Shown here: positions 19,048 through 27,280 of the stretch, piece by piece
Layout of the letters: every line of letters starts with the position of its first letter
Position numbering within the stretch: the stretch's first letter is position 1
Assembly: GCA_963761335.1 (NCBI GenBank)
Contig: CAVXGR010000011.1
Coordinates: forward strand, 416,001 to 480,000
Direction: 5' to 3'
Length of the DNA stretch: 64,000 nt
Source: an uncultured delta proteobacterium
Lineage (GTDB): Bacteria > Desulfobacterota > Binatia > HRBIN30 > BPIQ01
Made by a program: the position numbers and the translations under genes
The notes under the pieces: model-generated
The model's database searches: none
What the model was told of the DNA's origin: nothing
The model's input: only the letters and a program-made list of their open reading frames with translations

Positions 19048-20388
19048 ATGAAGGCGGAGGCCAAGGAGCGCCTTGCGCGCGGCATCGTCGAGCGGCTGCG
19101 CCAGGCGGGGCACGTCGCCTACTTCGCCGGCGGCTACGTGCGCGACCGGATCCTCGGCCACGCCTCACAGGATTTCGACATCGCCACCGACGCGCCCTCG
19201 GCGCGGGTGCAGGAGCTCTTCCGTCGCACCGTTCCGGTCGGCGCACAGTTCGGCGTGATCCTGGTGGTGGAGAAAGGCCAACCGTTCGAGGTCGCCACTT
19301 TTCGCACCGACGCCGAGTACCGCGACGGCCGCCATCCGGTGAGCGTGCGCTTCAGCTCCCCGGAGGAGGACGCACTCCGCCGTGACTTCACCATCAACGG
19401 CATGTTCTACGATCCCGCCCGCGACGAGATCATCGATCACGTCGGCGGACGGGATGATCTGCGGCGGCGCCTGATCCGCGCCATCGGCGATCCAGAGGCG
19501 CGCTTTGCCGAGGATCGCCTGCGCATGCTGCGCGCCGTGCGCTTCGCCGCCCGTCTGGGATTCTCCATCGAGGAGCAGACATTCGCGGCGATCCACCGCG
19601 AGTCGCACCACATCGTCGAGATCGCCTGGGAGCGCATCGGTGACGAGATCGTCCGCATCCTCACGGGAGCGGGCGCCCGCCGCGGCTTCGAGCTCCTCGA
19701 CCAGACCGGGCTCCTCGCCCAGGTGCTGCCCGAAGTCTCCGCCCTCCACGGCGTGGAGCAGTCCCCCGACTACCATCCGGAAGGCGACGTGTTCACGCAC
19801 ACACTGCTGCTGCTCGAGCATCTGGAGTCGCCGAGCGAGACACTGGCGCTGGGGGCGCTCCTGCACGACGTCGCCAAGCCACCGTGCGCCATGCGCACGC
19901 CGGCGCGGATCACCTTCCATGGCCACACCGCTCTCGGCGCAGAGATGGCGATCACCATCTGCCAGCGCCTGCGCCGCAGTCGGGCGGTATGGGAACGGGT
20001 GGAGTATCTGGTGCGCAACCACCTGCGCCTGCTGCAGGCGCCGCAGATGAAGCTGAGCACTCTCAAGCGCTTCCTCGCCGAGGAGGGCATCGACGAGCTG
20101 CTGGCACTGGCCCGTCTCGACGCTCTCGCCTCCAACGGCGATCTGTCCTTCTGCGATTTCTGCCGCCAGCGCCGCGCCGAGCTGAGCGAGGCGCAGATCA
20201 AGCCGCCGCCCCTGCTGCGCGGCCGCGACCTCGTGCTCCTCGGCTTCCAGCCGGGGCCGAGGTTCGGAGAAATCCTCGACGCCGTCGAAGAGGCGCAGCT
20301 CGACGGTACGCTGACCTCAAGGGAGCAGGCGCTGTCGTGGGTTCGGGAGCGCTTCTCCGAGCCGAGCCGCGGCGCCCGAGAGGAGTGA
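19048..20388 (+). CDS. cca: CCA tRNA nucleotidyltransferase with HD domain
   Basis: GGYVRD, DFDIAT, RRDFTING, EDRLRMLRAVRF, HPEGDV, LHDVAK. Lacks the GRRF signature of poly(A) polymerase. Confidence 0.88.
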   Translation: MKAEAKERLARGIVERLRQAGHVAYFAGGYVRDRILGHASQDFDIATDAPSARVQELFRRTVPVGAQFGVILVVEKGQPFEVATFRTDAEYRDGRHPVSVRFSSPEEDALRRDFTINGMFYDPARDEIIDHVGGRDDLRRRLIRAIGDPEARFAEDRLRMLRAVRFAARLGFSIEEQTFAAIHRESHHIVEIAWERIGDEIVRILTGAGARRGFELLDQTGLLAQVLPEVSALHGVEQSPDYHPEGDVFTHTLLLLEHLESPSETLALGALLHDVAKPPCAMRTPARITFHGHTALGAEMAITICQRLRRSRAVWERVEYLVRNHLRLLQAPQMKLSTLKRFLAEEGIDELLALARLDALASNGDLSFCDFCRQRRAELSEAQIKPPPLLRGRDLVLLGFQPGPRFGEILDAVEEAQLDGTLTSREQALSWVRERFSEPSRGAREE

Positions 20389-20392
20389 GCCG

Positions 20393-20893
20393 ATGAGCAC
20401 GACGATCTACCTGGTTCGCCACGCGATCGCGCCCGATGCCGCCGCGGGCGAGCCGGACGAGGAGCGCCCCTTGACACCGGAAGGTGCCCGCAAGATGGCG
20501 CGGGTGGCGCTCGGGCTGAAGCAGCAGGACATTGCCGTCGACGTTCTTCTCTGCAGCCCCCTGCGGCGCGCCCGCGAGACCGCCGAGATCCTCGCCGAGG
20601 TATTTGGAGGGGACCTGCAGGTGCAGGTCTGCGATGCCTTGTCTCCGGGCCGCAGCGCCGCCACCGCCGCCAGGGCCATCGCCCGCCACCGCAGCGCGGC
20701 GGGCGTCTTCGCCGTGGGCCATCAGCCCGGGATCGCCCAGCTCGCCTCGCATCTGCTCACCGGCTCCGCGGACGCCCTCTGGCTGCCCTTCAAGAAGGGC
20801 GGCGTCGCCGCGATTCAGCTCGCGGAGCCCGGAGAGACCGCATCGCTCCTCTGGTTTTCCACACCCGCGCAGCTCCGCGCCATCGCTGACTGA
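20393..20893 (+). CDS. sixA: Phosphohistidine phosphatase SixA
   Basis: LVRHA, RPLT, SPLRRARETA, VGHQP. Confidence 0.9.
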   Translation: MSTTIYLVRHAIAPDAAAGEPDEERPLTPEGARKMARVALGLKQQDIAVDVLLCSPLRRARETAEILAEVFGGDLQVQVCDALSPGRSAATAARAIARHRSAAGVFAVGHQPGIAQLASHLLTGSADALWLPFKKGGVAAIQLAEPGETASLLWFSTPAQLRAIAD

Positions 20894-20900
20894 GACGCAG

Positions 20901-20939
20901 AAAAGCAAAGGGCCGCCGGGGATCATCCCCGGCGGCCCT
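20901..20939 (-). terminator. Intrinsic terminator hairpin between convergent genes
   Basis: AGGGCCGCCGGGGA-TCA-TCCCCGGCGGCCCT perfect stem; the preceding A-rich tract gives a U-rich tail on the minus strand. Confidence 0.75.
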
Positions 20940-20982
20940 CGAGCTGTCGAAGCCCTCCTGGCGAGGGCACCGCGTCAGATGC

Positions 20983-22692
20983 TCACAGGTGGCAGAGCAT
21001 CCCGGTCGACTTCGGCTGGCAGACCGGGCGGAAGGCGATCGCCTGGTTGCCGACCTTGATGCACATGTTGAAGGCCACCGGGAAGTTCCAGCCGTCGGCG
21101 GCGCGCGCAATGGCGGGGATGTCGGCCGTGTACACGAAGCGCAAGCCGTCGCCGAGCGGGCTGAGGCTCACCCCCCGCGGGCCATCGGCGCCGGCGGTGC
21201 CGCTTCCATCGAGGCTGATGGTGCCGCCTTCGAAGAGCCCGGTCACGTCGCCCGGTTGGGTAATCCAGTGGTCCATGATCACCTGCACGGTCTGTCCCGG
21301 ATGCAGATCGAGACCGGGGCATTGCCGGTTGGTCAGCAGCGCCGAGAAGTCCAGCCCCAAGGCGTCGTACCAGGTCATGCGCAGCTGGGAGACGCCGTAC
21401 TGGCAGGCGTTGCTGCAATCCGCGGCGCCAGCGGGCAGCTGCGCCGTCGGCGTCGGATTGATCGCGGTCGGGTTCTGATCCGGCTGCTTCGGCGTCGGTG
21501 TCGGCGCCTGACTCCCGGCCCGCGTCGGCTTCGGCGGACGCGTCGGCCGCGGCACGCGCGTCGGCCGCACCGGATGAGCCGGGCCGCCGTTCGAGCTGCC
21601 CGTGCCCGGACGCGGAGTCCGTGTCGGACGCGGCGCCCGCGTCGGCCGTTCGCGGCTGATCGTGGGCTTCGGTGGACGCGTCGGCCGTGGTGGACGCGTC
21701 GGTCGCTGCGGCCGGCCAACTTCCGCCGCCTGCGTGGGCGTCGGCGTCGCCGCCGCGCCCGGCTGCGTCGCTGCCGGCGTGCTTGCCGGCAGAGGCGTCG
21801 CCGTCGGCTCCTCTCCGTTTCGCGGCGCGCGCGTGGGACGTGCCGGACGCGTCGGTCGCGGACGAGGCAGGATGATCCGCGGCGGCCGCGTGACCGGGGT
21901 GACCTGTGGCCGGTCGACGAATCCGGTCAGATCGGGCGGGTTGAGCGATACGGAGACCGGCGTATAGGCCAGATTGTTGTCCTTGGTCTTCTCCCAGATC
22001 AGGCCCGTCGGATCGACGTCGTTGACCAGGAAGTAGGTACCGGTCGGCACCTGGTGATCCGAGTCCGGGTCGAGGGGAATCACCTGGTCGGGGTAACGCC
22101 GCTCGTACACGTCCTTCCAGCCGACGGAGATCCCCTGAATGCCCTCCTGCGACTTGCAGTCGTTCTCCAGCTGCATCGGATAGTCGTTGACCTTGTATCC
22201 CTTGACGGGAACGACATCGAGGAGACAGAAGGACGCCTTGCCTCCGGTCGCCACCGCCTCACCGGTGACCGGGTCGTCGGCGCGCAGATCGTAGGTGATG
22301 TAGTTCTGCCAGTGCCAGTGGTTGTGCGAGGGGTGGAACTCGAAGTAGCCGCCCGGGCGGGCGCACATGCTGCCGTCGCGCTTCCAGATGATCTGGTAGC
22401 CGAGCGTCTGCACCCCCTGATCGGTCGACAGGGTGCGCGCCTCGATGAGAAGCGGCCCGTCGCCGAGGTTCGCCGTGGCCGAGGTGAACGAGAAGACGCG
22501 CCGGCCGTTCTGGTAGATATTGCGAATGTCGGTCGGCGGGTCGGGAACGAGATCCGGCAGCAGCAGGTTGGGATCGCCTTCCTGACAGGTCGGCAATGTC
22601 GGATAAGCCGGATAATCGGCCGGCGCCGGCTGCCCGAAGGCAGTCACGGCCACCGTCAATACGAAGACAGAGGTCAAGAGCAGGACGCGCAC
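20983..22692 (-). CDS. Secreted lysyl oxidase family protein with Arg/Pro-rich repeat linker and Cys-containing C-terminal domain
   Basis: Signal peptide after GTG with GGGAGG SD; LLPDL, NLGDGP, FHPSHNHWHW, KASFCLLD, QGISVGWKDVY. Confidence 0.82.
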   Translation of the reverse strand: MRVLLLTSVFVLTVAVTAFGQPAPADYPAYPTLPTCQEGDPNLLLPDLVPDPPTDIRNIYQNGRRVFSFTSATANLGDGPLLIEARTLSTDQGVQTLGYQIIWKRDGSMCARPGGYFEFHPSHNHWHWQNYITYDLRADDPVTGEAVATGGKASFCLLDVVPVKGYKVNDYPMQLENDCKSQEGIQGISVGWKDVYERRYPDQVIPLDPDSDHQVPTGTYFLVNDVDPTGLIWEKTKDNNLAYTPVSVSLNPPDLTGFVDRPQVTPVTRPPRIILPRPRPTRPARPTRAPRNGEEPTATPLPASTPAATQPGAAATPTPTQAAEVGRPQRPTRPPRPTRPPKPTISRERPTRAPRPTRTPRPGTGSSNGGPAHPVRPTRVPRPTRPPKPTRAGSQAPTPTPKQPDQNPTAINPTPTAQLPAGAADCSNACQYGVSQLRMTWYDALGLDFSALLTNRQCPGLDLHPGQTVQVIMDHWITQPGDVTGLFEGGTISLDGSGTAGADGPRGVSLSPLGDGLRFVYTADIPAIARAADGWNFPVAFNMCIKVGNQAIAFRPVCQPKSTGMLCHL

Positions 22693-22885
22693 AGTTACCC
22701 TCCCAGTCAGGCGATACAGGACAACTACCGGCACTTCCGGGAAGCGGGGCACACGCCGACCCGGTAGCATTCGGCTCCCTCTCCTCCCATATGGAGTCGC
22801 TACCACCGGTGCCCCAGTCAGTCAAACAAAATATAGGCGCGCAGCCAGGCGGTACCCCGGCCCGGACGCCGGGGGAACACCGCGG

Positions 22886-24055
22886 CTACCCCCTCGAGAG
22901 GAGGGCCACGGTCTCGACGTGATCCGTCTGCGGCAGCATGTCGAATGCCTGGACGCGGTCGGCCGAATACCCCCTCTCGGAGAACCAGGCCAGATCCCGC
23001 GCCAGAGTGCGGAGGTCGCAGGATACGTAGACGATGCGCGCCGGCTGCGCCCGGGCGATCGCCTCTCGCGCCGGCTCCTCCACGCCCTTGCGCGGTGGGT
23101 TGACGGTGACCACCTCGAGGTCGCGCGCCACCTCGCGCACCTCGTCCAGCTTCCCGGCGGCGGTGCCCTGAACGAAGCGGGCGTTGGACACCCCGTTCAG
23201 GCGAACGTTGAAGCGCGCGTCGAGCACCGCCGGCGGCGACTCCTCGATGCCGATGACCCGGCGAAAATGCGGGGTCAGGTGAAACGCCAGACCGCCGACG
23301 CCGCAGTACAGGTCCACGGCAATTCCCCCGGGCTGGGGCGCGGCCCAGGCAGCGGCCAGCTCGTAGATGCGCCGCGCCATCGGCACGTTGGCCTGGAAGA
23401 AGGAGCCCGCCTGACAGCGCAGGCGCAGGGCGCCGACGCGCTCCATCAGCCACGCCGCCGGCGTCAGAGGCTGGAACACCGGCCCGAAGACGACGTTCCC
23501 CGGATCGGCATTGACGTTCTGAACGACGCTCACCAAGCCGCGTACCCGGCGCTGCAGATCGCGAACCAGCGAACGGCCAGCGGGCAGGGTCGGCTCGGCG
23601 GTCACCACGATCAGCTGCGCCTGCTTCTGCCAGGCGCTGACGCGCACGGCGAGATAGCGGAGGGCCCCCTGGCGCAGGCGTTCGTCATAGACGCTGAGAT
23701 CGCGTTCGTCGATCGCCTCGCGGGCGGCCTCGATGACGCGCGCGATCAGCGGGTGATGCACGGGGCAGCGGCTGATGTCGATCACCTGATGGGTGCCCGG
23801 CCGATATACCCCGACCAGGACGCCGCGGCGGGCGCGGCGCAGAACCAGCTTGGCCTGGGTGCGATAGCCGAAGGCGCGCGGCGAGCCGACGACCTCGGGG
23901 ATCTCCAGGGCGCCGAGGCGCGGATGCGCCGCAAAGGCGGCCCGCACGGCGGCCCGCTTGCGGATGAGCTGCTCGCCGTAGGGCAGACCCACGAAGGCAC
24001 AGCCCACGCACTCGGGATAGTGCGGGCACGGCGGCGTCTGCGGCGCGGCGCTCAG
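22886..24055 (-). CDS. rlmD: 23S rRNA (uracil-C5)-methyltransferase RlmD/RlmC-like, no TRAM domain; start uncertain
   Basis: CPHYPECVGC, SFFQAN, DLYCGVG, NPPRKG, YVSCD, DMLPQTDHVE. Confidence 0.88.
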   Translation of the reverse strand: MSAAPQTPPCPHYPECVGCAFVGLPYGEQLIRKRAAVRAAFAAHPRLGALEIPEVVGSPRAFGYRTQAKLVLRRARRGVLVGVYRPGTHQVIDISRCPVHHPLIARVIEAAREAIDERDLSVYDERLRQGALRYLAVRVSAWQKQAQLIVVTAEPTLPAGRSLVRDLQRRVRGLVSVVQNVNADPGNVVFGPVFQPLTPAAWLMERVGALRLRCQAGSFFQANVPMARRIYELAAAWAAPQPGGIAVDLYCGVGGLAFHLTPHFRRVIGIEESPPAVLDARFNVRLNGVSNARFVQGTAAGKLDEVREVARDLEVVTVNPPRKGVEEPAREAIARAQPARIVYVSCDLRTLARDLAWFSERGYSADRVQAFDMLPQTDHVETVALLSRG

Positions 24056-25317
24056 ATCACCGTCCCGGATTCGATCACCGCCTGCTTGGGGACGATCACG
24101 ATGCCGTCGCGAATGTAGAAGCCGCGCCCCTCGCCCTCGCGTACGCCTTCGGCGTTGCGAATGACCACGCCGTCGCCGATGCGGGCATTCTTGTCGATGA
24201 TCGCGCCCTCGATGGTGCAACCCTCGCCGACGCCGATCGGCAACCGCCTGTCACCCTCTGCCCGATCCGACTCGAAGAAATCGGCTCCCATCATCACCGT
24301 GCGGCGGATGTGGCTGCCGCGGCGGATGACGCTGCGAATGCCGATGATCGAGCTCTCGATCACCGCCTCATCGATGCGGCACCCCTCGCAGATGATCGAC
24401 TCGCGCATCTCCACCGAGCGCAGCCTCGATCCCGGCAGCAGACGCGGGCGCGTGTAGATCGGGATCGATTCGCTGAAGAGGTCGAGAGGCGGGTTGTCCG
24501 TGGTCAAATCGAGGTTGGCGGCGTAGAAGGTGCGGATGGTGCCGATGTCCTCCCAGTAGCCGGTGAAGAAGAACGATTGAACCCGTTGCGACTTGATGGC
24601 GGCCGGGATGACCTCCTTGCCGAAATCGAGCTGCGACGGATCCTCGAGAACCTTCACCAGGATCTCCGGCTGGAAGACGTAGATTCCCATCGAGGCCAGA
24701 TAGCGGCGTTCCGTCGGAATGCCGCGGCCGCGGAGCACCTCGTCGCTCAGCGCCAGTGGCCGCAGAAGCTCCGGGCTGCGCGGCTTCTCGGCAAAATCGA
24801 TGACTGTGCCGAAGCCGTCGGTCTGCAGGATTCCGAACTCGGAGGCATCGCGCTCGCTCACCGGCGTCACCGCCACCGTGATGTCCGCCTTTGACGCCCG
24901 GTGGGAGGCGAGAATGTGGCTGTAGTCCATCGAGTACAGCTGATCGCCGGAGAGCACCAGGATCAGATCCGGGTTGCGGCTGAGAAAATGGTGCAGCTGC
25001 TTGCGCACCGCGTCCGCGGTGCCCTGATACCAGTCGCTGCTGCTCTCGGTCTGCTCGGCGGCGAGAATCTCGACGAAGCCGCGGGAAAACAGGTCGAAGC
25101 GGTAGGTGCGCGATACGTGCCGGTTCAGCGATGCCGACTGGAACTGGGAGAGCACGTAGATCTTCCGCAGACCCGAATTGATGCAGTTGCTGATCGGGAT
25201 GTCGACCAGTCGGTACTTTCCGGCCAGAGGCACCGCCGGCTTACTGCGCAGCTGCGTGAGCGGGTAGAGGCGGGTCCCGCGACCGCCCCCGAGAACCACC
25301 GAAACGACGTTATCCAC
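24052..25317 (-). CDS. glgC: Glucose-1-phosphate adenylyltransferase
   Basis: LGGGRGTRLYPLT..RSKPAVP, YQGTADAV, FAEKP, DFGKEVIP, YWEDIGT. Confidence 0.96.
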   Translation of the reverse strand: MDNVVSVVLGGGRGTRLYPLTQLRSKPAVPLAGKYRLVDIPISNCINSGLRKIYVLSQFQSASLNRHVSRTYRFDLFSRGFVEILAAEQTESSSDWYQGTADAVRKQLHHFLSRNPDLILVLSGDQLYSMDYSHILASHRASKADITVAVTPVSERDASEFGILQTDGFGTVIDFAEKPRSPELLRPLALSDEVLRGRGIPTERRYLASMGIYVFQPEILVKVLEDPSQLDFGKEVIPAAIKSQRVQSFFFTGYWEDIGTIRTFYAANLDLTTDNPPLDLFSESIPIYTRPRLLPGSRLRSVEMRESIICEGCRIDEAVIESSIIGIRSVIRRGSHIRRTVMMGADFFESDRAEGDRRLPIGVGEGCTIEGAIIDKNARIGDGVVIRNAEGVREGEGRGFYIRDGIVIVPKQAVIESGTVI

Positions 25318-25389
25318 AGTCGGGAAACATACCCGAGAGAGCCCCAATGGTCTATGGGGGCGGCGCGCCGAGGCCGGCGAATACCGAAG

Positions 25390-26157
25390 TCAAAGCGCCG
25401 CAAACAGCAGCAGCGCCAGGAGCTGCACCGCGAATCCGGTGGCGCCCACGGCGGCGCCGCTGACGCCGCCGAGCCAGCGGTGCCAGAGGAGGCGAAGTCC
25501 GATGGTGGCCAGAGCCATGGCGACGCCGACGGCGATACCGACGGCCTCGGTAGCGGAGAAGAGAACGCCGAAGGTGAAGACGCTGGCGAGCGCGAACTCG
25601 CGGAAGGTGATGCCGCGGGCGAACTTGACGCCGCTGCCGGCCTGCGCAGCATCGCGCGCACCGAAGGCGCAGACGACGGCGCTCCAGCAACCCAGCATCG
25701 GCGCGAAGAGAAGCGCCGTCGGTCTGGCGCCGCCGAGTGCGGCGACCGCGGCCACCGTGCCGGCGACGCCGGCGACCAGAAAGATCCAGGCGCCGACTCC
25801 GAGGCGCGGCTGCCGCATGCGTTGCAGCGCCCGGCGGCGATCGGCGCCGAGCGCGGCGCCGCTACGGCCCCAGGACAGCAACAGGAAGCCGCGACCGGCC
25901 CCCAGGAGCACGAGCGCAGAGACCGCAGCGCGCAGCCACCCCGGCGCCGCGACGCCGCGCAGCCCGGCGTCGATCAGCGCCGCGAGCCCACCGACGGCGA
26001 GGCCCGCCGCCGGCAGCAGCAGCGCGCCGCGGTCGAGCGCGGTGACCGCCGGCCGCCACCGCACGGGCGACACGAAGGCCGCGGCATGGAGCACCTCATC
26101 GAGGCGCGGCACTCCCGAGTGCGGAAGGTTCGGCGAGCTGTCGGCAACCGGATCCAC
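25390..26157 (-). CDS. CobS-like (cobalamin synthase family) membrane protein, divergent
   Basis: Multi-TM protein; RALQRMRQPRLG and LGGVSGAAVGA align with CobS motifs, but the conserved Asp residues are missing. Start approximate. Confidence 0.6.
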   Translation of the reverse strand: MDPVADSSPNLPHSGVPRLDEVLHAAAFVSPVRWRPAVTALDRGALLLPAAGLAVGGLAALIDAGLRGVAAPGWLRAAVSALVLLGAGRGFLLLSWGRSGAALGADRRRALQRMRQPRLGVGAWIFLVAGVAGTVAAVAALGGARPTALLFAPMLGCWSAVVCAFGARDAAQAGSGVKFARGITFREFALASVFTFGVLFSATEAVGIAVGVAMALATIGLRLLWHRWLGGVSGAAVGATGFAVQLLALLLFAAL

Positions 26158-26278
26158 GAGAAAGTCTCTCTTGCGGATTTCGCGACACGGCGCCAGCGGT
26201 TCGGGCCAGAATGCGGCTCCGGCACTCCGCCCGCGCCTTGCTTGCCTTGGCCTCGGCCGGGCGATTATAAGCTCGCGC

Positions 26279-27280
26279 GTGCGCACCAACCGTCGCGGCG
26301 CCTTGGCCGTCGCCGTCTTGCTCTCGATCGCCTGCATCTCCCTGTGCGGGTGTGCCGTGATCGTCGCCCGCCTCAACCCGTTCGGCGGCGAGCCCGAGTC
26401 GCTCGAAGAGCAGACGGTGCAGGGAGAGGGGGGCGCCAAGATCCTGCTGGTCGACGTCTCCAAGGTGATCAGCGACGAGCCGCGCGATGAGGCCTTCGGC
26501 CTGCGCCGCCACGAGAGCGCCGTGGCGCGACTGGTGGAGCAGCTGCGGCGCGCCGCCAAGGACGACGAGGTTCGCGCCGTGGTGGTGCGCATCAACAGCC
26601 CGGGCGGCACGGTGACCGCCAGCGACATTCTCTACCACGAGATCCGCCGCTTCGCGGAGCAGAAGCAGGTGCCCGTCGTCGCCCAGCTGATGGACGTCGC
26701 CGCATCCGGCGGCTACTACGTGGCCCTGGCGGCGGACGAGATCGTCGCGCATCCGACCACGGTCACCGGCAGCATCGGGGTAGTCATGTTCGGACTCAAT
26801 TTTGCCGGCCTGCTCGACAAGATCGGGGTCGCGGACCAGACGCTCAAGGCCGGAGCGCACAAGGACATCGGCTCGCCGCTGCGGCAGATGACGCCGGAGG
26901 AACGCCAGATCCTCCAGGCGATTCTCGATCAGATGCGCCAGCGATTCGTCGAGCTGGTCCGCGAGCGGCGCCCGCAGGCACGCCCGGAGCTGCTGGCCGA
27001 AGCCACCGACGGCCGGGTGCTGAGCGCCGAGCAGGCTCTGCGCAGCGGCCTCGTCGACGACATCGGCTATCTCGAAGACTCCCTGTCGATCGCCCGCCGC
27101 CGTGCCGGCATCGAGCAAGCTCGAGTGATCATGTACCGCCGCCCGTCCGAGTACGCGGAGAACATCTACTCCGACACCCACATCGGCGCGCCACAGGTCA
27201 ATCTGATCCACTTCGACCTCGACAGCCTGGGCTTTCGCGGCCAGGAGTTCATGTACCTCTGGCTTCCCGGTGGCCTCTAG
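26279..27280 (+). CDS. sppA: Signal peptide peptidase SppA (S49), lipoprotein-type N-terminus
   Basis: RINSPGG, AASGGYY, TGSIGV, HKDIGSP, DGRV; LCGC lipobox. Confidence 0.93.
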   Translation: MRTNRRGALAVAVLLSIACISLCGCAVIVARLNPFGGEPESLEEQTVQGEGGAKILLVDVSKVISDEPRDEAFGLRRHESAVARLVEQLRRAAKDDEVRAVVVRINSPGGTVTASDILYHEIRRFAEQKQVPVVAQLMDVAASGGYYVALAADEIVAHPTTVTGSIGVVMFGLNFAGLLDKIGVADQTLKAGAHKDIGSPLRQMTPEERQILQAILDQMRQRFVELVRERRPQARPELLAEATDGRVLSAEQALRSGLVDDIGYLEDSLSIARRRAGIEQARVIMYRRPSEYAENIYSDTHIGAPQVNLIHFDLDSLGFRGQEFMYLWLPGGL

